Positions 13,195 through 28,079 of a stretch of DNA of 64,000 nucleotides are shown here, one piece after another; position 1 is the first letter of the stretch, and the number at the start of each line of letters is the position of its first letter. Under the pieces are notes generated by a model, which was given only the letters and a program-made list of their open reading frames with translations, had not been told where the DNA came from and did not search any database. A program made the translations under genes and the position numbers. Source of the stretch: Octopus vulgaris (taxonomy: Eukaryota); NCBI GenBank assembly GCA_951406725.2, contig OX597819.1, positions 133,114,001 to 133,178,000 on the forward strand. Direction: 5' to 3'.

Positions 13195-13742
13195 CATAAA
13201 CGTTTTGGTGTATGCCCGTGGCGCTTGTATTTATAGTATATATTTTTGTATATGTATGCATGTATATATATGCGCATGAGAGTGTGTATATAAAAACCCT
13301 AATTGAAAAGGCAGTGTTCTATATGTAGATGCAGCTTTCTGTATATCGTTTGTTATTAGAGGATTGGAGCTATTTGTAATAATGTTGGTTTATAAAAACA
13401 TCAACTTTTGACCGGAAAACCGTATTCATAATGGTGTATCATTTTCTTACTTCTAATATCACAGCTTCTCATAAATGAAATATCCTAATTTGATCATAAT
13501 GATATTGAATCAAACTGTGTAAATTACAAACGTGGAGCCTCCACATAATCGCTGGACCGGGACGCCTTCTATAAAAGATCTGCTAAAGTAGAGATTGTTG
13601 AGGCGAGGACAAGCAACCACATCAACAAGAACAACAAGCAACGAGAGTTTATCTTGAAGTGTAGAGTTTACGTTTTCTGAAAGCAAATTGTATTTAAATT
13701 ATGTAATTTTAAAAAGATTTCGTTAATCACATGACAAATTTG

Positions 13743-13791
<49 letters not shown>

Positions 13792-14000
13792 GTTCGTATG
13801 TGTATTTTTATTTTGCTTGCGAGATTAACTGTTTAACTAAAGTGTTTAACATACAAGTTAGAAAAACTAGTAAAAGAAAACGGCTGGTCGCTGAATTTGT
13901 TAGTGGTGTAACTAACCCATTAAATAACAATTACAATAAATGACTGAACCAGTGCGTGTGTTTATTATTACCGGCATAATGCCCCACCCAACGTCCAATA

Positions 14001-14031
<31 letters not shown>

Positions 14032-15539
14032 ATACAATATAATATGTGAAATTCATATACATATACACATATATAATATGATAAATATATCATTATATAT
14101 TATGTATATAATATAGTATATAATATAATATAATATAATATAATATAATATAATATAATATAATATATATATATATACAGAGAGAGAGAGAGAGAGAGGG
14201 GAGCGATATTCTGTGTCACTAGTTATTACCTAAATAGCTTTATTTCAGCGAAACTGCATTAAAACTAATTTGTCTTCCAAAACAAGCTGTTTTTATTGCT
14301 GTTTCTTTCGCCTTACCTTTTTTCGGTGAATGTCTTTCTGAAAGCTTATTTAACAGAGTAATTCCGAATATCTGCCCCAAGGTATCTCCACTTTGAGGAA
14401 ATGTTGTATGAAGTTAAATGTATTCATTATAAAGCTTGTTTATGAAAATAGTTTGTTTCGTTTCGCCTGCAGCAATTTTTCCCTCTCTTTCGCTTTAATA
14501 GAATGTGTTTTTCATTTTGATGAATGGAACTGGTGTACTTGAGCAGCGATGCCAATAGGCGGCCTGCCAAGTATGGCGAGGAAGAGATGTGATAGGATGG
14601 AAAACCACATAAAATTTCCTATAAAACTATTATCAAAATAAACTCCGACCATTCATGGTGAATTAGATGACTTACATATAAACATAGAGACACGCGCCCA
14701 CCGCCACCGCCACCAACGTATGTGTGTTCATGGGAATACGTGTGCGTGCGTCAGTCTCACACAGCTGTGCATACGCGCGCATCTGTGTATGTGCTATGGT
14801 GGTACAACTGATGTAAGAAGCAAATAAAGAGGGCCTACGTTTATCGGTGAAAATAAATTTCGTTTCGTTTAAGTGGATTGTTTTCCAAGTGGTAAGACTT
14901 AGGCTAAAGGGGGGGATCCTCCGATGAAGTAACAACGAAGGAACCCATCAAGATTAGTTACGACTCGACGTGCGTAGTAAACTTCCAGTTTGTCCCCTTC
15001 GTTTAAATCCAAACAACCAAAAAGGGCATTTAGAGCTTTATTGAAGCTCATCACTGCTGACAGACAAGAACACTCCTTCGCGGAGGTGAGGCTAACTGTC
15101 AGATTTTTCTCTGGTTGCTACAGAATAATACTTGATATTGAAACGTATGGTTAGGCTTATTTAAAATGCTGATATATTTCTAGCGTGTTGCAACGAATAC
15201 ACAACGGGTAGCGATGATACGAAGATTATTTCAGTAATTAACGCGATTTAATTGTTAATCTATGCTAGTTGGATACATATTTGAATTATTTAAAGATATT
15301 GAACAAGTTCTTAAATATATTTTGCCTGTAATTCCCATATCAAATTGTTATAATTAAAAACGTATAAAGAGAGAAAACAGCGATGTGGAGGTTGTCATTT
15401 GAATGGTTACGTTACTGTCCTTAGTCATTAGTGTTGATGGAAAAGCATTAAAAACTGTTTTCTCATTCACTTATGTTGGTTCCATTGTATTCAATGTCTA
15501 AGATGTGCAACTGAGCCACTAAAAGGCTTTCAGGCCCTA

Positions 15540-17022
15540 CATGACAGAATGTCTGGCCGGGTCATCGCCAAGAAAGCTCTCCCCGTTTCATTTCCAATTA
15601 TGACTGGTTCGCAGCAAAGATACGTCTCCCTCTCCTTCAATGAAGTGTTCAACGAGATCCCCGGTCAAGCTCCTGGTGTAGACATCCGCTACAAAATGGA
15701 CGGAAGACTTTTCAACACAACCCATCTCAGAGCCCGTCAACCTACCAATTTGGCCAAAGAACATCAGCTGCAGGACGCTGATGACAATGCCACTCTGGCG
15801 CACTCAGTTTCCGGTTTTTACGAGTTTGTGAACTAATTCGAAAATTTGTATACTTGCTTTAATTTGATCACAAAAACATAATGAAGACGACGATCCTTGC
15901 ACAGGGATCCACCGGACAATCTCCCCCTAACACCAGTGGCATAACGGTACAGGAGACTGTCCTGGAAACCGTGGAATCTTTCCTATACCTCGGGAGCTAC
16001 ATGTCCAGCGATTGCACCATTCGGAACGATATCGAGAATAGGATCAGTGCAGCCCATACTGCTCAAAATACCCTCAAAATGAAAGTCTCTTACTAAACCA
16101 CGACCTCACGCTCCAAACAAAAGTCATGCTATTCCGAGCCGTCGTCCTTTTCGCTCTCCTCTACGGCTGTGAGATGTCGATATTGTATCTGCGAGACTTG
16201 AAGAAAATGAAACGTTTCCAACAGTACAGACTTCATGCAATTAAGAGGATTCGATGGAAAGTCTATACATCAATAAAGAGGTTCTGTTCGATGCTGGACT
16301 GCCCAACATTGAGGCCACTGTGGTTCGACATCGTCCCCTGCTTGTCCGGACACACCATACGTATGCCTCAAACGTGCCGTCCCGTCAACTCGTCTTTGCC
16401 ACGTTGGATTTAGGCACCAGATCATGGAGATCCCCAAAATTCTATCCCGAGACCAGTTCAAGTTCACTTGCGTCCGCTGCTCCAAATGTCTGGGAGATAA
16501 CCGCCAAGGAGCGCCCTACGGGGCGGCATGTCTAGGGAAAAGACCTGGTGGAAAATAACTCTTTTCTATTCTAGGCACAAGGCCCGACATTTCAGGGAGG
16601 TGGGGGCCAATCGATTAGATTGACCCCAGTACGCAACTGGTACTTAATTTTTAGACACCGAAAGGATGAAAGGTAAAGCCGACCTCAGCGGAATTTGAAC
16701 TCAGAACGTAAAGACAGACAAAGTATCGCTAAGAATTTCGCCCAGCGTGCTAACGATTCTGTCAGCTTACCGCCTTAACCTGGTGGAAAATAATAACAGA
16801 CATGAAGAGGCACAGATGAGACGTCGAAGACAAACTAAGAGTAACTCGTACTTCCTCGTCTCCAACCAATTCTCCCCCGCGATAGATGCTCCTGGATCTT
16901 CTACACCACCTTTGGTCTGTAGAGCCACCTCAGGCATCAGTGCCTTTCGCATCCATCAAGATGAATAGGCTCAATCAACAGCTACAGGTATATTACACGG
17001 AAACGAGTTAACGTCGACGTCA
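15540..17022 (+). mobile_element. degenerate RTE (BovB-like) LINE, 3' half
   Basis: Fragments GVDIRYKMDGRLFN, LQDADDNATLAHS, ETVESFLYLGS...IENRISAA and RAVVLFALLYGCE; many frameshifts; interrupted by a SINE. Confidence 0.82.
16559..16777 (-). mobile_element. monomeric tRNA-derived SINE inserted in the RTE, 16-bp TSD
   Basis: Reverse-complement homologue of the SINE at 666. TSD ACCTGGTGGAAAATAA at 16543-16558 and 16778-16793. Confidence 0.9.
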
Positions 17023-17601
17023 ACATATGTGTGTGTGTATGCATAACACACACACACACACAGACACACACACACACACTCACTCACACACACGCATAAA
17101 TGTATAAATTACATTTGCGAGCCAGAATAGACTAAGAGGGTGTGTCCAATATAAATCTATGATCACCTTCATGGTAAGTTCATCTTCTTTTAGTAGAGTA
17201 GATTAACCAAGACATTTATAATGGAAAGATGGCAATAATCTTCCCAATTTAGTAATTTCTATTTTTCTATACAAATACATTTGAATAAACGGCATCACAA
17301 CAAGAATCTGACGTATTTGCCGTCTTATTTTTCTGAATAATATTGCAAATATATACATTTGTCTTTAGAATTCATTCCTTTAGAGCGAGTGGTTCGTTTC
17401 TTAAGACAATGTATCTGCCTCAAAAATATTATCATTCCTGAGATCATTTATTTAGAAGTTCGACATCTCTTGACTGGAACAAGAGAGCTAATGAATTCAT
17501 AAATCAAAATTTCCAGAACAAATTCCGCTAATTGTGTCTACTCCAGAAGCATTTATATAACCTTAAAGAGGAAAATTGTTTTCTCTTATTTTTAGTATTT
17601 T

Positions 17602-17658
17602 TATTAATACTAGATTGGTATTAATACTAGATTGGTATTAATACTAGATTGGTATTAA
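17602..17658. repeat. 17-bp tandem repeat x3
   Basis: TATTAATACTAGATTGG three times plus a partial copy. Confidence 0.9.
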
Positions 17659-18139
17659 CCCTTAAAGCTATTTCGTAGAAAACAGGTTCATTTCTACAAG
17701 ATGGTAGAATATATGCAGTAAGTTCGTAATTTTTTTTAAAGTTTGGTAGATATGTTTGTATAAATGTTACCATGATACAGCTGCATATCCCTGCCCCAAA
17801 ATGATTGGTTGATCCAGCTGATACGTCTATGTCTTATTCTTCATGTTTTAAGGTAACCACTGTTATTTTTCTCACAGTTTCAAAGATGTTAGAAAAGGGC
17901 TGGAATCAAATTTGCAGGAGTTTTCTGACAGTTTAGTATCTGATCCGAAAAAGAAAGATACAAAAGAAAAGCGACCCGGGCGCGACCAACAAACAGTATG
18001 AAAAGAAATCATTTCACATTGTAATTTGAAACAGAGGCTGTAAATGGAGAGAATTATAATTCCTTATGCTCTCTATATGTGGTGAATAACGTACCAACGA
18101 GTATATGGCGATGGTCGTAGTGTTAAAATTATTTGTAAT

Positions 18140-18330
18140 TTAAGTACAAGGTTAGCAAATTCTAAGATTAGAGTTTAATCAATGATATGAACCACAGTAT
18201 TTGGCTGGTACTTTATTTTATCGATCCAAATTGATGAATAGCAAAAATCACATGGGCAGGATTTTGACTCAGAAAATACCGAGCCAAAATAAGAACCGGT
18301 GCTCCATCGACTCAGTCAATCCCCACCACT
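18140..18330 (-). mobile_element. old degenerate SINE copy
   Basis: CTGGTACTTTATTTTATCGA...GGATTTTGACTCAGAA matches the SINE body in reverse. Confidence 0.55.
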
Positions 18331-18360
18331 GGAAATCTTAATAACAAGATTAATGGTGTA

Positions 18361-18361
18361 T

Positions 18362-18433
<72 letters not shown>
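18361..18433. repeat. (CTA)n microsatellite
   Basis: Read directly. Confidence 0.95.
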
Positions 18434-19568
18434 GCGGATATTGAAATATTTAATTAGTGGAAGACATCTCGCCTCTGTTGCAATTCCAATTCTTCAACCA
18501 GGTTATTTAAAGACTTGCAACTTGTTGGCTTTAAATGCATTGTCAACGGAGAATTTATTTGGAACAGGCAAACGTAACTCTAATGAATAGCAGGAAGTCT
18601 TTCTTGAAAGAGCGCTGGAAGCATTGTAGAAAGGAAAATGGCAAAGATATGAATGTATGTATGTATGTATGTATGTATGTATGTATGTATGTATGTATGT
18701 ATGCATGTATGTATGTATGTATGTATGTATGTATGTATGCATGTATCTATGTATGCATGTATGTTTATATATGATTTTAATACCCAGTGATATAGCAAAT
18801 TAGACGAATGTTTCGCTCATTGCATATTCATAGCAACTGAATATGCTGGGTCAAATAAACATTATATCGTTCAACTCTATTGTCACAAATATAGAATACA
18901 TGATATGAATGGCAAATTAAAGGCCTGGAATATTTCCTTTGCTTACATAGAGAAATAGTAAAATAATATTGAGGACTGTTGTAAAATGCTTCTCGAAAAT
19001 TCGACAAAAATATATCACAAGATAACTCAACAGTTGGATGGGGAAAGCGCATCTATAAATACTTGAATGATTAAACCGAAATTGTATCTCTATTAAGAAT
19101 AAACTTACTTTATGAAGATTGGAGAAAATCAGTTCTTTCAACTCTATGACGTTAGAAAATAATCTCATTTCGAGGAAAAAGCAGATTGGAACCATTGAAA
19201 ACTAGAAATAGGTTTCTGTTTGTTAAAACTAAATATTGAACAGAATCTATTAGCATGTTGCGTCAGCAGGAAGTGAAAATCCATTTTATCAAAGAATTAC
19301 AATATTTATAATATTTGCGTCTTATTCAATCTCCAAAGCAATTAGTTTATTGTCTTTCTGTGAATTACTGTGATGCCAGGCAACGACCATCATCAATATC
19401 ATCTTAAACGATCCAGATAAAGTTCTTGGATGTCTCTTTGCTAATAACTCTAGGACCAAAGCAAAGATTAACAGATGACACAGTTTACTACTAAACCACA
19501 ACATGTCTGCCGATTAATCTATATCTTGCGTGCTAAAATAATCGCCAAGGGAATGACCAAATATTGAC

Positions 19569-19776
19569 TTGAAAGTTTGGCACAAGACCAGAAAATTTGT
19601 GCGGAGGGTGTAGGTCGATTTTATCGCCTCCAGTTCTCAGCTGGTACTTATCAATCCTGAAAGGATGAAAGGAATAATCGACCTCGGGGGAATTTGAACT
19701 CAGATCGTAAAGACGGACGAAATGATGTTAAGCATTTTGCCCGTCGTATTAACGACTCTGCCAATCCACCGCGTTA
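19569..19776 (-). mobile_element. tRNA-derived SINE with 18-bp TSD
   Basis: Same family as 666 and 16559. TSD GAATGACCAAATATTGAC at 19551-19568 and 19777-19794. Confidence 0.9.
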
Positions 19777-19984
19777 GAATGACCAAATATTGACAAAAAT
19801 TAATCTAATTCCTATAAAGCAGAATGAGTTCTTCTGCGACAAATGATCGGCCTCTTGTGAAGGAGATATGACCGGGAGGTGTTGTGTTACGGACCAACCA
19901 CTGTCATATACTTGGATTGAGTGTAAGGCAAGAAAGGCTCGCCAAATGTAACAAATGATGAATTTATGAATTGTATTAAAGACG

Positions 19985-20300
19985 AAATTTTGGCACATGG
20001 CAAGTAGTTTTGTGGATGAGATAAGTTGAGTACATCGACCCCCAGCGCTCCACTGTTACTTACTTTATCGACCCCAGGATGAAACGGAAAGTCCACCTCG
20101 GCTGGGAACGTAAAGACAGACAAAATATATTGAAGCCTTTTCATCAACATCCTAGCGATTCTGTCAGCTCAATGACTTCAAATTTTAGCACAAGGTCAGA
20201 CGTTTGCGAGGAGAAAGTCGACGGCAAAGTCGATTACCTCGACAAAACGCTGCATAATATTTTCTCCAGGGTGCTAACGATTCTGACAGGTCACAGCCTT
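19985..20300 (-). mobile_element. two adjacent degenerate SINE copies
   Basis: ATCGACCCCAGGATGAAA, GAACGTAAAGACAGAC and GCTAACGATTCTG motifs of the same family. Confidence 0.65.
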
Positions 20301-20402
20301 AATAATATTAATATTAATATTAATAATAATAATAATAATAATGATGGTGAGGAGGAGGATGTAGATGAGGGAGATTAAAAATATTGTATGTCTGACTGTC
20401 TG

Positions 20403-20409
20403 TCTATCA

Positions 20410-20496
<87 letters not shown>

Positions 20497-20545
20497 GATC
20501 TATCTATTTATCTATCTATCTATCTACCTATCTATCTATCTATCA

Positions 20546-20606
<61 letters not shown>
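20403..20606. repeat. (CTAT)n microsatellite
   Basis: Read directly. Confidence 0.95.
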
Positions 20607-20607
<1 letters not shown>

Positions 20608-21346
20608 ATATGTATGAAAATATAGCCGAAATAAAAAAAATTAAATATATATATATATATATATATATAAAATCTTATATAATTATTTGAAACATTGAGA
20701 AATGAGTATGTATAGAATGTCTAAATAAACTTATCTTCAATTTTTTCTGCAACAATTTTCATTTCTTGACGAATTTTCCCGTTTTAATGGGAATAAGACA
20801 CACGTAAACATAGCAGTAAGGAAACTTATACATGCATACGCGCATATATACACATTTCCATATACATACACACATACATACATATATATATATAAGTATA
20901 TATATATTAATAGACATTTATATTTGTATACATATAAGCATAAACACACACACATGTATATGGCCAAACGTCTCTCTCTTTCTCTGTATATATATATATA
21001 AACATATATGTATATGTGTCTATGTGTATGAATATATGTACGAATGAAAGGTGGCTATATTATTGTGTATAAATATTATATACTTGTAATTATAATATAT
21101 ATTAACATACATAAACACATATGTATGAATATATACCAGCATAGATTTACATATATCCATCTACACACATATATATTCACAAATATACACGAACGTATAC
21201 AAATGAAGAGATTTATACATATACACCCACATACAGACACATACACACACAGACACACACAGACACACGCACATATATATATATATGACCCTATACATTT
21301 ACATATATGTAAGTACATGTATAATATACAAGTAAATATGTACGTA

Positions 21347-21385
<39 letters not shown>

Positions 21386-22057
21386 TTAAAACGTTTAGCT
21401 TTATAGACGACTTGTCAATCGTATATATCTCCACACACATATATATGTGTATGTGTGTGTGTGTGTGTGTGTGTAATCTAGAAACATATATCTTAAAAGA
21501 AAATATCACAAACCATTGACATCTTTCTTTTAGTTTTATCTTTGTCTTCCCAAATTCAATGAGTTTGTCTCCAGCGCTTCCGTCATGTGTTCTGTTTCGT
21601 GGGAAATCTCTTTCTTTTGTTTGCTTGAAATTCGAGAAGATTAAATATCATTTCTTCAAACATTAACAGTTTTATATTTTATATCAGATTTTTTTCTCTT
21701 CTCTTTTCATGTTATGAATAGATTTTGGGAAAATAATATTTTATACATATATATTCAAATTTTCAAAGCTCACATTCCGTTGTTCGAATTTACTAGTGTG
21801 GAGAGCAAAGAGTGTTTCGGATGATAAGATTAAATATAACAAATACATGAAAACTAAATATATTGAAATGCGCCAGAAAATAAAACAGTTTTGTTATTAT
21901 CAAAAATGTTTTTTGTTGCTATGGTAGGGAACTTACGGGAAAGGGCAGTGTATGGAGATAAATGTCATGCAGTGTACGGAGATAAATGTCATACAGTGTT
22001 TCATTTCTCCATATTCTGATCTCGAATCTCTCTTTGCTCGATCAAATAAGTATTAGT

Positions 22058-22531
22058 CATCATCATCATCGTTCGACCGTGGTCAAGACAATGGAATTGA
22101 CCATGCTACGCCAGACTTCACGGTCCATCATGGCATTACGGAGGTCCTGTTGCTGGATGCTTGTATCCCTGGAGATTACATCAAGGTAGGAGAGTGTGCG
22201 CCCTCTGGTATCACGAGCAGAGGGCTTCCAGAGGAGAAGAGTAGAAATTACCTCTTTTTCAGCTCTACAACAATGTCCAGCAAACTGGACTCTCCTACCT
22301 TTCACAAGAGATGACACAGGTGGTTGTTTCCCATATATTTGCATTTTGGTTAGATGACGCTTCCAGGAGAGATTTTGAGCTCTCATAAGGAGGCGAGTGT
22401 AGGTTCCATCCAACCGCCTCTCAAGCTTCTTTCATAACGTCCAGGTTTCTGAGCCATATAGTAGAATTGGTTCGACTGTGGCTTTGAAGATTTCAAGTTT
22501 GAAGTCTCTACTTAGATTTGATGACCATTAC
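22058..22531 (-). mobile_element. 5'-truncated RTE-group LINE 3' end with TSD
   Basis: ORF 22066-22413 (LDGTYTRLL..., RRVQFAGHC.R, MMDREVWR); upstream ILLYGSETWT; (TGA)n tail. TSD TAAGTATTAGT at 22047-22057 and 22532-22542. Confidence 0.88.
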
Positions 22532-23359
22532 TAAGTATTAGTAATACAGCTCTTAAGAATTGAATCTGCTCTTGGGCAGATGACAGTGCCACGGACTCCA
22601 TCTGAATCATTAGTCAGTCTATACTGAAAACGTCCTGACATTCATTCTGTCAATACTAAATTTATTTTATTTGGGAAATAAATGAATGTTACAATCTTCT
22701 ATTTTAAACATCGGACATATATTGTGTCGTGCCTAAGTGGGAAACTACATAAAATATTGAAAGCCTTAATAACAATACTGTACATTGTTCCTTCCATTAT
22801 GCTTCTGAGCTATTCACATCATGAGTTTAGTTTTATTATTTCGAAGAGGCTTATTGCTCAAACTTTCACAAGTGTAAGTAAGAGACTTAAGTAGCAGGAA
22901 TCGATTAACGGCAAATATTGAACAAATCAGAATTTTAATACACCAAATCAAACCTTTTTAGAAAACCAGCTCATAACGTGTACTGAAATAAACTAGATTT
23001 CCAGTATTTAGTTTACGGAATAAAAAAAACATTATATTTACTTTTGCTATTTAGGTGATAGTTTTTCTGCCTTTCAAGGAAGTTTCTTTTAATCTATTTG
23101 GTCATTTTATATGTAAGTTTGGTCGTAACAAGAATTCCTATACAAACGTTTGCAGGTCACACATTTACTTAGAACATTGACAGTTTAACATTGGTGGACT
23201 TTGATTAACCGATGACGTTTTCAGTAAGATATTCAACACTTCAGAATATTAGAGCTAGTTTTCTTTTCACACGCACACACACACAAACACACACACACAC
23301 ACACACACATACACACACACATACACACGCACACACACATACATACATACACACACACA

Positions 23360-23399
<40 letters not shown>

Positions 23400-24527
23400 A
23401 AACAAGTAAGATAATGAGATAAAGAAGAAACAGCGAAAAATACACGAAGTCAGAGAAGTGTAACACTTGGATAAAAAGAAATGAACAGATATGAAACACA
23501 ACAAATATTACAACAATAACAACGGAAGAATGTGAAGAATGAAAATAAGAACAAGTCAATGAAAGAGGAGAAATCTAAGCTTTCGGTTTGTACCATTTAT
23601 AAAAAAGGGGGAAAAGGAATGAGACAAAAGAGAAAGAGAACAAGAACCCTTTTCGAATCAAAGACGATTTCTGCCTTACATGGCTTGCTTTGTGAGCACA
23701 TGTTGGAGTTAGTGACCACCACTCCTTACACCGTTTTGTTTCCTCCTTGAATCCGGCTCAGATTGTCTGAACTAAACTTTAAAATATACAATATTATATA
23801 CTCCTCTGTAGACGATCAAACAAATTGGTAACGACACCACCGAAAGGTTGTAATTTCGTGGTGTTATGATTTGCTGTTGGTTCGTTTATAATATTTTTAA
23901 CTGTAACAATACACCATTTTGGCAACAATTGTCTTTACTTGACATCATAATTTTCTCCTTTCTATAAACCATAATTTCCAACTATGAAATATTGGCTTTT
24001 CAATATTTGTTACATTACAATGCTATAATTTTCGCTTCCATTGATATATATATCTGTTACAGACGAAGCTGATCCAACTTTGCCAGTTATTACAAATAAT
24101 ACAACATATGTTTTATTGTTCACATCTGAATACAAAATCTTTACATATTAGTGTAATGATAAGTAGACTTCTATATACAAAAGAAAAAAAAAAGCAAAGA
24201 GCAGCTAATTGAAACCTACCGGACATAAATTGAATACCATAACTATATGGTGGCGTTGAAGCTCAGCAACCACTCATTTCGAATTGATACAAAACTTTAT
24301 CTTTTGGCATCGCATTAAAGACAATCATCGAAAACAGAATTTCAGTTAAGTGAACAATAATCACCCTAACAAACGACAAGAGGGCCTGCAAGAATATGAA
24401 CCCATCTTTTTGAGGTAACAACATTCAAACGATTGTAGCGTTTTAATTAGTTTATCTCTATAAAATCTTTCGTTTTATGGAGAGCGTAAATCTTTTAATA
24501 ACATATTTTAGTGACATCTCTTTTCTT

Positions 24528-24833
24528 ATTAGTCTGCGGCCATGCTGGGGCACCGCCTTGAAGAATTTTAGTCGAACGAGTCGACGCCAGTAGTTATTTG
24601 TTTTGAAAGTCTGGTACTCATTTTGTCGGTCACTTTGGCCGAACTGGCAAGTTACGGAGACGTAATCACACCATATACAACATGGGTTTCTTTCAGTTTC
24701 CGTCGACCAAATCAACAGAGAAGGCTTTTGTCGGACCAAGACTATAGCTGAAGGTACTTACCCAAAGTCCCTAGCAGTGAAACGGAGCACGGAACGATAT
24801 GGATGGGAAGTAAACTTTCTACTACACAGCCAC
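24528..24833 (-). mobile_element. tRNA-derived SINE (third family), diverged
   Basis: Homologous to 48295-48718 and 49597-49812 (GCGGCCATGCTGGGGCACCGCC tail; TTTCAGTTTCCGTC.ACCAAATC body). Confidence 0.8.
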
Positions 24834-27139
24834 GTTAAAAAGTTCTTAGGAACAATATGCAATATGCTTGCAATAGCAAACAGAATCTGCATAAGATAAA
24901 TATAAATACCTCACATGTAAATGGTCAAAGACTAAAACAAAACAGTACAACTAAAACACTAAAGCAAAAAAAAAAAAAGATTTAATGCAAGAAATACTTT
25001 TAAAATTTTCTGGGAAGTGAAATAATTCATTTTTAACAGTTGAAGTCGATGTAGATAAGACTAAGAAGAATAGCGCGGGAATATTGGTGTAACAGAAACC
25101 AATGTTTGTACAGAAGAACTCGAAGTCTGCCTTTGGCATTCGAACTCACATCTTCTGAAAACACAACAGACGTTCTCTCATTGGCTCAAGCAATCCTTCG
25201 AAATTCTTCATTTTAGATTTGTTCTTACTAGCGAACATTCAAATATGGACTAATCTTACCTGAAGTCACACTGCAACACAAAACCTTTTCGATGTGGTGA
25301 CATAAAATATGGAGGATCAGCGATATTTTTCTTCATCGTGATTCACTGTAGTTTCCTTTAAATTTGAAAGTTGGTGAGAAATTAAGTATGACAGAGATCA
25401 TTTTGGGGATTCTTTTCCACCTTTGAATGAAAGTTAGTTTTCTGCTTAAGGTTGGCTGTAAGCATGATGGATTACAAGTATTCCAGCGTCTGCATCAGGC
25501 GATATGACCAGTTCCAAGGGATGGCCGAGTAGGAGATAGCATGAAGGGAAAATAGTAAAATATTAGTCTACACCACCTCATCATTTGTTTCTCCTACCGG
25601 AGTTTTATTTTCCTATATTGTGTGCCCGATTCTTCCCCGTTATTGTACAAACTCGTCGTTTCATACGCTATACCGAATGTTATGGAAACATTCCATTTTC
25701 TTCTCTGCATTTGTGAAAATATTATATTTTCTCTTACCAGAAACTTGTTGGCGAGAGTCGGTTTGTTGATTCAAAAATAATTTTAAAATATCACCAGACT
25801 TTCTATGAACAATTGATCAAAGAAATGTCTAAAGAAATGTTTCACCAGGTCCAAGAGCTCCTTATATGGTCATGTATTGGTTCGGCTGGTTCCATCCTTA
25901 ATACTTACCAAAACATCTGATTTTAAGCAAAATTTGAATGCCTTATGAAGAGTTGTGTTAGAGAGTATGAAGAGGTTTCATGATTCAAGATCTCATCCAA
26001 GTTTCTATTTATGGGGGAAAAAAGCCGTTTAATTTCCTCGGTTCTTCACCTGCAAGGTATGTTAATCTTATCAAGTATTTATCGAGATGTTATGCCATCC
26101 CTGCTCCCTGGGTTCTAAAATACTGGTAAACGCTGCACCAAGGTTACCATTACCTATTTTATTGCCACGTGTTTTTTCCGGGAAGAATAGTAGTAGTAGT
26201 ATTCTCAAATAGCTTTCCTCTGTTCAAAATGCGATCCAATAGATCTGAATAATGATGCTGCGAAAAAGGATGTTTTTCTTTCTTTAAGATGACAAAGGTT
26301 TTCTATATCACTTCAAACAGTTGTTCGGTTTGGTTTATAACACTGTTAAGCTGAAAACTAAGCAGAGTCGATCGATCTGATATGCTAGGGATTTCAATAC
26401 TAGCAATCACTTCATTAACTTCTTCCTCATTTATTCGAAGCATTTAACCGTTTCAGTCTCTAAATTTTGGTGTGTAAAGTTTTTGATGATTTGAGCGTGT
26501 AGTTTTTATAATTTCCAGGTGTACAATTTATCAACTTTGTTTGCTATCATATTTAATGTTTTTATGGTCGCTAACATTTTGTATCTTCTCTGAAATAACA
26601 TGATATTAAAATTTGCATGATAATATTTTCAAATTATGGTTTCATGTAATTATATCAAATAACTTACAAAGATAAAACCATCACAAATATAATTTCAGAT
26701 TTTCATTTGAAATCATGACACCAAGTATATTCGAATCCGCTAATCATGTAAAGAGTTTAAGCCTCGAAAACGCGGATTCATGTTTCGTCAGCGGAAATCG
26801 ACTCCATATTGGCCTAAGCATTGTACACTCGTTCTCAACTTCGACTTTTGATGCCTGCTTTAAATACGAATGCAAAATACTAACAAACTAAAATATTGCA
26901 TTAGTTTTAAATGGAAATTCACTTGTGCCAAATTCAGTACCCGCTCATTTAGTAACAAGAGCCAGAAAGGTAAGTCTAATGCATTCCTTGTACCGTTTCT
27001 GATATATTGAACAATCGTTGATCAACTGATGAAAAGTGGAAGGGTCGATGGCGGCGAAGTGCATAATCATTCTCTGAAAACATAACCAACAAAGTATATG
27101 TGTGTGCAATCCAGCGCTAATACAGACAAAAAATTGACT

Positions 27140-27645
27140 CGATGCAAAAGATGGGCAACTGGGAGAGGCTAAGGAAGCTGAGTCTTCATTCCTTGGAGAG
27201 AAGACGAGAGAGATATGCGGTGATATATATTTGGAAGATGTTGGAGGGTTTAGCTCCCAATTTTGGAATTGACAGCTATATCTATCCTCGAACTGGACGG
27301 CACGGCACCATAGGAAAGATCCCGTCTTCCCCATCTAAAATAAGGACACAGTACTAGAATAGTCTGGGTTTCAAGGGTCCGCAATTGTTCAGCATCATTC
27401 CAGGCAACCTTAGAGGTCTACATGGTGTTGATGTGGAAGTTTTCAAGGAACGTCTGGACGGGTTTCTAACTGAGATTCCAGATGAACCCACATCGCGGCA
27501 GAAGACACAAAAAAAGAGCAGCTTCGTTCAGTCCAACTCGCTGCTTCACTAAAAACAATATCGGAAAGATCACCGAGTAACTGTAGGTGGCGCACCAGAA
27601 TAACCTCAGGCACGGGCTGAAACCAGTAAAAGGTAAAAGATAAAG
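27140..27645 (+). mobile_element. CR1-group LINE 3' fragment
   Basis: WERLRKLSLHSLERRRERYAVIYIWKML; downstream FKERLDGFLTEIPDEP; short (GTAAAAG)n-like tail. Confidence 0.8.
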
Positions 27646-27876
27646 GAAATATATATTTGTTTCTTTCGTTCGAAAAAAGTTCGTTTTCTATGTTTTTGCT
27701 TTGTTATGTTCTCATTTTTCATTTTGTTCCCGTTTTGTTTTGACGTCCTCTACCCATATATGCATGTATATACAGATATATATGTATGTACATATATATG
27801 TGCATATATAGTTATATATATATATATTATTTATATTATATATATACATGTATGTATATATATATTTATATATATG

Positions 27877-27911
<35 letters not shown>

Positions 27912-28079
27912 GTATCGTACAGTGTATAATACTGTCCCATCAACTGAATATGGCCAATCATATTCCATAAGGAATGTGTAATAGCTAATGTTTACGGTAA
28001 AATCGCTGAAAAATTAGCGTCACAGTCGTTTTACTGATCTGTAAAACAGATCGGAAACAAAATAAAAGAAATCATCATG

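Noticed and set aside
14900-15092. Possible exon or promoter region ending in GAG/GTGAGG
   Set aside because: Only a donor-like motif and mildly raised GC; insufficient support.
17602-17658. CRISPR-like repeat array
   Set aside because: Head-to-tail 17-bp repeats without spacers, eukaryotic context, no cas genes.
21946-21999. 24-bp tandem duplication CAGTGTA(T/C)GGAGATAAATGTCAT
   Set aside because: Simple local duplication with no further structure.
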